A DNA stretch of 64,000 bases. Source: Bacilli bacterium (GTDB lineage Bacteria; Bacillota_I; Bacilli_A; RF39; UBA660). Numbering within the stretch: position 1 is the stretch's first letter; the number at the start of each line of letters is the position of its first letter. Below are positions 8,608 to 16,164 of the stretch, piece after piece. The position numbers and the translations under genes are program-made. A model generated the notes under the pieces. The model worked only from the letters and a program-made list of their open reading frames with translations. It did not search any database and had not been told where the DNA came from. The stretch covers positions 22,745 through 86,744 of the forward strand of contig JAFRQT010000057.1 in the NCBI GenBank assembly GCA_017428485.1, read 5' to 3'.

Positions 8608-9322
8608 TATATTACATTTATATTATGATCTTCTTAATTTATATGGTGAAAATGGAAATACAAGATGCTTAGTATATAATTTAGAGAGAAATAAAATTAA
8701 AGTTAAAGTTGATTTAAAAAGCCTTGGAGACAAAATAGATTTTACTAAATATGATTTAATATATATATCTTCTGGTGATGAAGAATCTATAGAGCTTGCA
8801 TTAATTGATATATTAAAATACAAAAAAGAATTAACTAAATTTATTGAAGATAATAAATACTTAATTTTAACAGGAAATGCAATCGATTTATTTGGAAGTC
8901 ATATTAAGACAAATAAACAAGATTTAGATGCTTTAGGCATATTTGATTATTATACAGAATATATTGAAAGCAGTAAGTTTAAAAATGCCTCTACTGATAG
9001 AATTGTTGGTGAGGTTGAAGCAACAACAAAACTAATTGATAAAAAGATTATTGGTTTTCAAAATAGATGTGACTTAGTATTTAATGTGAAGACTCCACTT
9101 TTTAAAACTAAAACAAAATATTCAAATGATTGCAATCAAGAAGATGAAGGATTTACATATAAAAATGTTTATGCAACTCATATAATTGGTCCCTTATTTA
9201 TAAGGAATCCATATTTCACAGATTATATTTTAAATAAGCTATGTGAAGAAAAAAAATTAAAATATAAAGCAATTGATGATTCTGCTAAAATTGCATATAA
9301 AAAATACTTAAATTTAAATTAA
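8600..9322 (+). CDS. gatD: lipid II isoglutaminyl synthase glutaminase subunit GatD (CobQ-type amidotransferase)
   Basis: 240 aa. The N-terminus LNLYGENGNTRCL is typical of GatD, and the gene is translationally coupled to murT. Confidence 0.8.
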   Translation: MINILHLYYDLLNLYGENGNTRCLVYNLERNKIKVKVDLKSLGDKIDFTKYDLIYISSGDEESIELALIDILKYKKELTKFIEDNKYLILTGNAIDLFGSHIKTNKQDLDALGIFDYYTEYIESSKFKNASTDRIVGEVEATTKLIDKKIIGFQNRCDLVFNVKTPLFKTKTKYSNDCNQEDEGFTYKNVYATHIIGPLFIRNPYFTDYILNKLCEEKKLKYKAIDDSAKIAYKKYLNLN

Positions 9323-9392
9323 GTATTTTTTTTATTAACTAATTATTATATTTTTATATTTTTTTGTGTTCAAAAATTAAATAATTAGTGAT

Positions 9393-9420
9393 TTGACAAT
9401 AATTTTGAAAGAATTAAAAT
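9393..9420 (+). promoter_or_regulatory. promoter of small-peptide gene copy 1
   Basis: TTGACA (9393-9398), 16-nt spacer, TAAAAT (9415-9420). The predicted TSS is ~9427-9428, at the start of the conserved GAACAACTGAT element. Confidence 0.65.
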
Positions 9421-9477
9421 GTATTTTGAACAACTGATTGTTAGATGTTATCACACTCATAAAGGAGGTGATACAAG

Positions 9478-9561
9478 ATGATTAAAAAAGATTTTTTGAT
9501 TATGTCATTAGTCTTTATAATTCTATTACTTATTATCCTACTATATGTAGTTTTAATATAA
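9478..9561 (+). CDS. 27-aa hydrophobic peptide, candidate type I toxin (copy 1)
   Basis: ATG preceded by AAGGAGGTGA at 7-nt spacing. Peptide MIKKDFLIMSLVFIILLLIILLYVVLI has a charged N-terminus and one TM-length helix. It falls below the ORF-track cutoff. Confidence 0.6.
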   Translation: MIKKDFLIMSLVFIILLLIILLYVVLI

Positions 9562-9562
9562 A

Positions 9563-9632
9563 TAAAAAACCTAACTAAGAATAGTTAGGATTCCAAACAA
9601 GAACACCTAACATTCGAATATCAGTTGTTCCT
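9563..9632 (-). ncRNA. predicted ~70-nt antisense RNA (candidate antitoxin, copy 1)
   Basis: Runs from the minus-strand promoter at 9639-9667 to the hairpin cctaacta-agaa-tagttagg (9570-9589). That hairpin is followed by TTTTTT only on the minus strand. The RNA is complementary to the 3' region downstream of the peptide stop codon. Confidence 0.45.
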
Positions 9633-9638
9633 ATAAAA

Positions 9639-9667
9639 ATATTATCATATTTTATTATTTTTGTAAA
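9639..9667 (-). promoter_or_regulatory. convergent promoter for the antisense RNA (copy 1)
   Basis: The minus strand reads TTTACA-17nt-TAATAT with a TG extended -10 (tatGaTAATAT). Confidence 0.55.
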
Positions 9668-9789
9668 TATAACTAATTTTTAAAGAATTTGTTATTTTAT
9701 ATACTTATTCTTTAATTATTGATTAATGCTTTTTAACCATTATTTATTATTTGTAAAATTACATATTCAAAAATTAAATAATTAGTGAT

Positions 9790-9817
9790 TTGACAATAAT
9801 TTTGAAAGAATTAAAAT
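9790..9817 (+). promoter_or_regulatory. promoter of small-peptide gene copy 2
   Basis: TTGACA (9790-9795), 16 nt, TAAAAT (9812-9817). Identical to copy 1. Confidence 0.65.
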
Positions 9818-9874
9818 GTATTTTGAACAACTGATTGTTAGGTGTTATCACACTCATAAAGGAGGTGATACAAG

Positions 9875-9958
9875 ATGATTAAAAAAGATTTTTTGATTAT
9901 GTCACTAATCTTTATAATCCTATTACTTATTATCCTACTATATGTAGTTTTAATATAA
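9875..9958 (+). CDS. 27-aa hydrophobic peptide, candidate type I toxin (copy 2)
   Basis: Peptide MIKKDFLIMSLIFIILLLIILLYVVLI with the same SD and spacing. It differs from copy 1 by 2 synonymous changes and V12I. Confidence 0.6.
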   Translation: MIKKDFLIMSLIFIILLLIILLYVVLI

Positions 9959-9959
9959 A

Positions 9960-10032
9960 TAAAAAGCCTAACTAAGAATAGTTAGGTTTTACCAACAAGG
10001 TAACACCTGACATTTGAATATCAGTTGTTCCT
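9960..10032 (-). ncRNA. predicted antisense RNA (candidate antitoxin, copy 2)
   Basis: Runs from the promoter at 10039-10067 to the hairpin at 9967-9986, followed by CTTTTT on the minus strand. It lies immediately downstream of the psd stop on the same strand. Confidence 0.45.
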
Positions 10033-10038
10033 ATAAAA

Positions 10039-10067
10039 ATATTATCATATTCTGTTATTTTTGTAAA
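10039..10067 (-). promoter_or_regulatory. convergent promoter for the antisense RNA (copy 2)
   Basis: TTTACA (reverse complement of 10062-10067), 17 nt, TAATAT (reverse complement of 10039-10044) with TG. The -35 lies in the last codons of psd. Confidence 0.55.
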
Positions 10068-10930
10068 TTATTTTTAATACCAATTCTTTCACCATATTTA
10101 ACTATAGTCTCGATATTCTCTTTTGAATTATTAACAATATCATCATCTAAAATAATTGTATCTTTTTTAAATAATAAAACTATTGTAGATCCACCAAATT
10201 CAAAATATCCTTTTTCTTCTCCTTTAAAGAAACTATATTCTTTATGATGATTTTTAATTCTTCCTACTCCTAGTGCACCAATATCTATATCTATAACTTT
10301 ACCAAAATTATTTGTATTTAATATAGTATATTCACGAGAATTAGTTTTAAAGAAATTATAATGTTTTAATGATATTGGCTGTACCGTATGAAATGTTCCT
10401 TTTATGTAATAATTATCACTTTTAGTGCCACTATCAATATAGCAATATCTATGATAATTATCAGTTGATAATCTAAAAACTAAAGCATATCCATCAGTAT
10501 ATTCTTTCATTATTTTTTTATCTACTAAAGTATCTATACTATAATATGATTCTTTTATTTTTAAAGTTAAATCTTTAGTTATTTTATATGCTAATAACTT
10601 TGAATCACAAGGAGATATTAATATACCTTTTCTTGCATTAATTGGTCTTTTAACTTCTTTTATTTTTCTTGTAAAGAAATCATTATATGAAGTGTATTCT
10701 TTATTTTCATAATCATACATATTTATATTATTTTCTTTAATAAATTTATCTATTTTTTTAATAGAAGATTTACTATTCATATATTTACCTATCAAATTAG
10801 TTATAGGTTTACTAATAGCTATTTTAATAAATAATCTTCCAATAAAATTACCATAAAAAAAATTAAGAGCTTTATTAGACTCTATAATTATATTTTCTTT
10901 ACTATTTCTATTTCTTACTATGGTCTCCAT
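10055..10930 (-). CDS. psd: phosphatidylserine decarboxylase proenzyme
   Basis: 291 aa. The C-terminal FEFGGSTIVLLF contains the G-S-T self-cleavage motif. It overlaps pssA by 13 nt. Confidence 0.85.
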   Translation of the reverse strand: METIVRNRNSKENIIIESNKALNFFYGNFIGRLFIKIAISKPITNLIGKYMNSKSSIKKIDKFIKENNINMYDYENKEYTSYNDFFTRKIKEVKRPINARKGILISPCDSKLLAYKITKDLTLKIKESYYSIDTLVDKKIMKEYTDGYALVFRLSTDNYHRYCYIDSGTKSDNYYIKGTFHTVQPISLKHYNFFKTNSREYTILNTNNFGKVIDIDIGALGVGRIKNHHKEYSFFKGEEKGYFEFGGSTIVLLFKKDTIILDDDIVNNSKENIETIVKYGERIGIKNNLQK

Positions 10931-11547
10931 ACTAATCTACCTACAGTTATTATTAGTAAAACTTCAATAACACCAATAATAATAAATAGAATCATCGTTT
11001 TAATACCGGGTTTTTTAATTTTAATTTTAGTTATAAATAATATTCCAACTAACAATAATAATCCGGCATATACATAAGGAAAATAACAACCTATAAATTT
11101 CTTAAAAATATATAAGAATGGAAATATCAATGCTGCTGAAGTAACTGGAAGTCCAGTATATTGTTTTACAGGTGTAGAACTATTTCTAATAACCTCTAAC
11201 ATATTAAAATATGCAAGTCTAATTAATGCTGCTAAGGGATAAAAAATAAGAAGTGGAACTAAATATGTTTCTTTTATACCAAGTGAATATCCTATCATCG
11301 CAGGAAGAACACCAAAACAAACTAAATCAGATAAACTATCTAATTGTACTCCAAAATTTCTTTCTTCTAAAGTTCTTTTCTTTTTAGTTCTAGCAACTTT
11401 TCCATCAAACATATCACAAAGTCCAGAAAACATTAAACATATAATTGCTGCAAAAGGTCTACCAGTTATAGATAAATATATACCTAACATACCAGATGCA
11501 AAACCCAAATATGTAAGTATTACTGTATAATCATAAAATCCTATCAT
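10918..11547 (-). CDS. pssA: CDP-diacylglycerol--serine O-phosphatidyltransferase
   Basis: Contains the CDP-alcohol phosphatidyltransferase motif DMFDGKVAR...GVQLDSLSDLVCFG. ATG 11547, preceded by GAGGTG, is preferred over the track start at 11583. Confidence 0.85.
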   Translation of the reverse strand: MIGFYDYTVILTYLGFASGMLGIYLSITGRPFAAIICLMFSGLCDMFDGKVARTKKKRTLEERNFGVQLDSLSDLVCFGVLPAMIGYSLGIKETYLVPLLIFYPLAALIRLAYFNMLEVIRNSSTPVKQYTGLPVTSAALIFPFLYIFKKFIGCYFPYVYAGLLLLVGILFITKIKIKKPGIKTMILFIIIGVIEVLLIITVGRLVWRP

Positions 11548-11610
11548 AACCCACACCTCAACATAATTATACAAATTTTTCATATAAAAATCAATTTTTT
11601 TATATAAAAT

Positions 11611-11634
11611 AAAAAAGACTTAAAGTCTTTTTTA
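11611..11634 (-). terminator. Rho-independent terminator of the vWA-TelA-AAA operon
   Basis: Hairpin aaaagact-taa-agtctttt with flanking A and T runs. It overlaps the stop of 11632..13206. Confidence 0.65.
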
Positions 11635-13206
11635 ATTAATTAAATTTTCCATACTAATATCTTTATCAGTAATTGTTTTTAATACTTTCTTAGATTTATT
11701 ATTTTTTGTATTACTTGCATGTTTAATAATTGACTTCTCATATATGTTTCTTACAAATCTAGCATTACCAAAGTTTTCACTATTTCTATTTTCATCAATT
11801 ATACGTCTTAATTCTTTATGAGCTTCTTCTGTAACCTCAAATCCTGCTTTTCTTACCATACCATCAAATATTGAAATTAATTCATCTGTTGTATAATCAT
11901 CAAATTCTAAAGTATAACCTATTCTTGACGCAATACCAGAGTTTGCATTTAAGAATGCTTGCATTTCTTTAGTATAACCAGCAAATATGCATACAAGATT
12001 ATCTCTATTATTTTCCATTTCAGCAATTAATGTTCCAATTGCATCATCATTATATGAATTATTTTTGTCTCCAAGCATATAAGCTTCATCAACAAATAAT
12101 ATTCCACCTTTTGCTTTATTAATTACTTCATTTGTTTTAATAGCGGTTTGTCCAACATATTCAGCTATTAAATCCTTACTTGTTACTTCAACTAATTTAT
12201 TCTCTTTAATGTAATGTAAATTATAAAGAATTCCACAAAGTAACCTAGCAATTGTTGTTTTACCAGTTCCAGGATTACCTAAGAATATCATATGTAAGTT
12301 AACACTGCCTATTTTTAGTGTTCCCTCCGTTTTCTCTTTTAGTTTCATTAAATCAACTAAATCATATAAAGTCTTTTTAACTTTATCAAGACCAACTAAT
12401 TCATTTAAATCAGCAAAGATTTCATCAATTGTTTTTTCTTCCTTTAATAAAGGAACACTATTATTTAATATTAAATAATTTATTAAATTATTTTTGTATG
12501 TTTCAGAATCAAGCTCACTCTTATCATACGTAGCAGTTATATAATCAAGTAATTTAACTTCTGTTTCTTCATCTAAATTAGTATTTTCTAATATTTCATT
12601 ATAGATTACAGATTTCTCTTCTCTCTCTTCTACTAAATTAAATACAAAATATTTATCTTTTAGATCTCTATTATAAGTAAATATATTATTAAGTTCACTT
12701 TGATTATTACTAATAATTAGACTTATATTTTTATTACTTTCTATTTCATCTTCAAGTAAATGCATATATTTTTGTTTATCATTAACGCTTTCAAGTTCTA
12801 AACCTTGTAGTTCTTTTAAAACAATTATTCCATTTTCACTATATTCTTTATGAAAAGGATTATCTTCTAATTTATATAATGATATTTCACACACTTTATT
12901 ATTTGTTACATATTTGCTCTTATTCACTGCAGATGAAATAATTTTGATGATAGATTCAACTGTTTTATCAGTTAATTTAACAACACTTATATTAAAAGGA
13001 ATATATCTTTTTTCATTATTATAATTATATATATAATCAATTATTTTTTTAAATAAGTCTTTAGATTCATCATTAATATGTAATTTATCAATCTCTTCTT
13101 CTAAATTAATATTATTATCAGTTTCTAAATTGAGTTGTTTTTTTCTATCCTCATACTCTCCAAAGAAATCTCTATATACATCACTTAAAATATTTTCTGA
13201 GTTCAT
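11632..13206 (-). CDS. AAA+ ATPase, SpoVK/CbbX-type, with a long unknown N-terminal region
   Basis: 524 aa. Walker A GNPGTGKTTIARLL, Walker B ILFVDEAY, and the AAA lid are all in the C-terminal ~270 aa. Confidence 0.75.
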   Translation of the reverse strand: MNSENILSDVYRDFFGEYEDRKKQLNLETDNNINLEEEIDKLHINDESKDLFKKIIDYIYNYNNEKRYIPFNISVVKLTDKTVESIIKIISSAVNKSKYVTNNKVCEISLYKLEDNPFHKEYSENGIIVLKELQGLELESVNDKQKYMHLLEDEIESNKNISLIISNNQSELNNIFTYNRDLKDKYFVFNLVEEREEKSVIYNEILENTNLDEETEVKLLDYITATYDKSELDSETYKNNLINYLILNNSVPLLKEEKTIDEIFADLNELVGLDKVKKTLYDLVDLMKLKEKTEGTLKIGSVNLHMIFLGNPGTGKTTIARLLCGILYNLHYIKENKLVEVTSKDLIAEYVGQTAIKTNEVINKAKGGILFVDEAYMLGDKNNSYNDDAIGTLIAEMENNRDNLVCIFAGYTKEMQAFLNANSGIASRIGYTLEFDDYTTDELISIFDGMVRKAGFEVTEEAHKELRRIIDENRNSENFGNARFVRNIYEKSIIKHASNTKNNKSKKVLKTITDKDISMENLIN

Positions 13207-13218
13207 AATTGACTCCTA

Positions 13219-14364
13219 CTACTTAATATTTATTTCTAACATTTTATCTTTTAATTCTTTTTCTAATGCTTCTAATTCTTTCTCAGATTCTTGACGTTTA
13301 ATACGTCCATTCTTATGAATTTCAACAACTTTATTTAAAGTTTCGATAATATCTTGATTTGTTTTTCTTAATGTCTCAATATCAACAATTGCTCTTTCAG
13401 ATTCTTCAGCAATCTTAATTGAACCTTGTTTTAAAGTCTCACTATTCTTCTTAAGCATATCATTAGTTAAATCAGTAACAGCTTTTTGATTTTCAAGAGC
13501 AACTTTAGCTCTATTAATTCCAAGAGCAAGTACCATTTGATTCTTCCATAATGGAATAGTATTAGTAATTGAACTTTGAATTTTTTCAACCAATTCTGCT
13601 TCATTACTTTGAAGTAATCTAATTTGTGGTGCCATTTGAATTGAAATTAATCTAGTAGTTTTTAAATCATAAATTTTCTTTTCAAATCTATTAATAATAT
13701 TTTCCATATCATTAACCTTTTGAATATCTAACTGTTCACCTGATGCTTGTGCTTTTGCTTGAAGTTCAGGAAGAACTACATTCTTTAATTCTTCAATTTT
13801 CTTTTCACCAGCAATAATATATAAAGATATTTCTTTAAAATATTGTAAATTCTTTTCATACATTCCATCAAATAATGTAATGTCTTTTAGCATTTGTAAT
13901 CTTTGTTTTTCTAAAGCAGCTTCAATAGTATCAACATTCTTTTCTACTTTAGAATATTTAGCTATTAATTTATCAATTTCTTTCTTAACACTTGAAAATA
14001 TTTTTTCAAATAAATTCATATTGTCAACATCAACAACTGCTTTATCAAATGATTTTAATTCAGCTACTAATTTAGCAAGTTCATCACCCACTTCACCAGT
14101 CTCTTTAGTTCTTACATTTTCTAATACTTCATCAGAAAACTTAGATATTTTATTTTGAGCAGCAGCTCCATACTGTAATATTTGAGTGTTATCATAAACA
14201 TCAATTTTTTCATTAAATTCTTTAATTGCTTCTTTTTCTTCATCAGTAAGTAATTCATAATTTAATGAATCTTCAATTTTTTCTTCTGTTACTTTCTTTT
14301 CTTCAACTAATTCTTCAACTTTCTTATTCTTTTTTTCATCAAAATTGATTTTTAATTCATTCAT
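13219..14364 (-). CDS. TelA/YaaN-family toxic anion resistance protein
   Basis: 381-aa coiled-coil-rich protein. The segment LQYGAAAQNKISKFSDEVLENVRTKETGEVGDEL is typical of the TelA family. Confidence 0.8.
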   Translation of the reverse strand: MNELKINFDEKKNKKVEELVEEKKVTEEKIEDSLNYELLTDEEKEAIKEFNEKIDVYDNTQILQYGAAAQNKISKFSDEVLENVRTKETGEVGDELAKLVAELKSFDKAVVDVDNMNLFEKIFSSVKKEIDKLIAKYSKVEKNVDTIEAALEKQRLQMLKDITLFDGMYEKNLQYFKEISLYIIAGEKKIEELKNVVLPELQAKAQASGEQLDIQKVNDMENIINRFEKKIYDLKTTRLISIQMAPQIRLLQSNEAELVEKIQSSITNTIPLWKNQMVLALGINRAKVALENQKAVTDLTNDMLKKNSETLKQGSIKIAEESERAIVDIETLRKTNQDIIETLNKVVEIHKNGRIKRQESEKELEALEKELKDKMLEINIK

Positions 14365-14379
14365 TTTAAATAACCTCCA

Positions 14380-15549
14380 TTACTTTAAATAATCAATTAA
14401 TTTATTATAAGTATCCATTTTTAGGCTAGTTACTGTACTAGTTATTGACTTTGGAACAGCAATTCCAAGTCCAGATACATCATAAACGCCACCAGTTATA
14501 CCCATTCTAAATCCATATTTTGTCCAAGCTATTTGTTGAATTTCTTCATCTTCAAATGCCTTATATAATAGTTTACCATTTTCACTAAATATTGCAAGAC
14601 AGTGACTATTCCAAATAGTTGGTGCTGGATATAAAATTCTTATATCATTTTTTACTTCATTAAATCCATTTGGATTTGCATTAGCAAAATCAATAATACT
14701 CTTTTCATAATCAACTATCATAGGTTCTCCACCCATACCAGTTTTTAAATATCTTTCAAATAGATCTGCAGGTGTATTATTCATGTAACCTGATTTATTA
14801 TAAAATTCTTTTAATTTTGGAAGATTTTTAGATAAATTACTTTCATTAATGCTTGCTTCACTTAATATTGAAAGTAATAGTCCATAGTATGTAGCTCCAG
14901 GAGAAGATGTAACTGGGTCAGTTGAAGCAATATTTACTGTACCATATAATTCAGGAATTCCTATATCACTCCACTTCTTACCTTGTAAAATATAATTCAT
15001 TAATTTATTCATATCAGTAATATAATAAACACCTTCAGTTTGAGTAACAATTCCTTCTTTCATTAAAGCATCTACTATTTTACCCCAACTATAAATAACT
15101 ATTGGAGTATTTAATGTAAGACCACCTTCAAGTACTGTATATCTATCAGCTTCATTATTTGCTTTATTTGGTTGTAATTTATAATAATCATAAAATCTTT
15201 GATCAGATGTAAATAAAACATCATATTTTGAAGCTTCTTCACTTCGAACTGTTAAACCTTCATAGCCAGTATTTCCAAGTCCAACACTCTCACGAATTAA
15301 TGGAAGAGATACTGTTTTACCATTACTCCATGTATCATAAACTACATCTAGTTTATATTTTTTCTTAAGAATTTCATTAATTCTTTCATCTGCTAAAAAG
15401 TCTTCTTTACCTCCTCCAGTCGCAACATAAATAGTTGTAAGATTACCTCCAACTGAAATAGTATTATCACTAGTCAGTTTATAAACTATTACTCCTACTA
15501 TAATTGCAACAAATATAAGTATTCCAATTATCTGTTTCTTATTCATCAT
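14380..15549 (-). CDS. membrane-anchored solute-binding-protein-like domain protein
   Basis: 389 aa with an N-terminal TM anchor. The remainder resembles a periplasmic-binding-protein fold and the N-terminal half of 16165..17760. The family assignment is tentative. Confidence 0.4.
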   Translation of the reverse strand: MMNKKQIIGILIFVAIIVGVIVYKLTSDNTISVGGNLTTIYVATGGGKEDFLADERINEILKKKYKLDVVYDTWSNGKTVSLPLIRESVGLGNTGYEGLTVRSEEASKYDVLFTSDQRFYDYYKLQPNKANNEADRYTVLEGGLTLNTPIVIYSWGKIVDALMKEGIVTQTEGVYYITDMNKLMNYILQGKKWSDIGIPELYGTVNIASTDPVTSSPGATYYGLLLSILSEASINESNLSKNLPKLKEFYNKSGYMNNTPADLFERYLKTGMGGEPMIVDYEKSIIDFANANPNGFNEVKNDIRILYPAPTIWNSHCLAIFSENGKLLYKAFEDEEIQQIAWTKYGFRMGITGGVYDVSGLGIAVPKSITSTVTSLKMDTYNKLIDYLK

Positions 15550-16162
15550 TTTCCTCCTTATTTATTTTAATATCACTATATCCATCACTTTTAAGTATAT
15601 TATTTAATACTTTCATATCTGCTGTTGCATTTTCAATATCACTCTCATACATATTATTTAATATTTTTTTAAATGACGAATTAATTTCACGTAATGTTTC
15701 TTTAGAACTTTCAAAATACTTTTTAGCGTCTTTACTCGATAATCTTTGATTTTCTATATCATCATATTTTTCAACAATTCCAACTGTAATTGGTAAATAG
15801 TATGTAAAGAATTTTTCAGATTGTTTAATCTTTTTTCTATTCTTTTGAACAGTACTAATTATTTTACCAGTTGTAGTATTAATTCCTCTTAAGTATTCTT
15901 GAACTTCTTCATCATCAACTTTTAAAACCATATCCAATATAAATTTATTTTTCATCCGAGCATCATTTAAAACTTGTTCTACATTCTTTTCATCAACTTT
16001 ATCAAAAACAAATATATTTGTTTTACTCATCAATAGTTCACTTCCAACAAATGCCGCAGCACCCACTGCTAAAGCAGGGATTATAGGTATACCAACGGCT
16101 AAATATGTTGCTGCAAAAAATGTACCACCAAGTATTCCGGATAATACTTCTTTATTTTTCAT
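15539..16162 (-). CDS. xpaC: XpaC-like (5-bromo-4-chloroindolyl phosphate hydrolysis) membrane protein
   Basis: 207 aa with two N-terminal TM helices and a helical C-terminus. Size and adjacency to a TelA/YaaN gene mirror B. subtilis xpaC-yaaN. Confidence 0.55.
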   Translation of the reverse strand: MKNKEVLSGILGGTFFAATYLAVGIPIIPALAVGAAAFVGSELLMSKTNIFVFDKVDEKNVEQVLNDARMKNKFILDMVLKVDDEEVQEYLRGINTTTGKIISTVQKNRKKIKQSEKFFTYYLPITVGIVEKYDDIENQRLSSKDAKKYFESSKETLREINSSFKKILNNMYESDIENATADMKVLNNILKSDGYSDIKINKEENDE

Positions 16163-16164
16163 TA

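Larger units (their letters stand above)
9371..9668. repeat. direct repeat unit 1 of the small-peptide/antisense module
   Basis: Near-identical to 9768..10068 (a few substitutions and 3 inserted nt). About 99 bp of unrelated spacer lies between the units. Confidence 0.95.
9768..10068. repeat. direct repeat unit 2 of the small-peptide/antisense module
   Basis: See 9371..9668. Confidence 0.95.

Noticed and set aside
9371-10068. Could the tandem repeats be a CRISPR array or a minisatellite?
   Set aside because: There are only two ~300-bp units with a 99-bp spacer. Each unit contains promoters, an SD and an ORF. There are no short 25-40 bp repeats and no cas genes.
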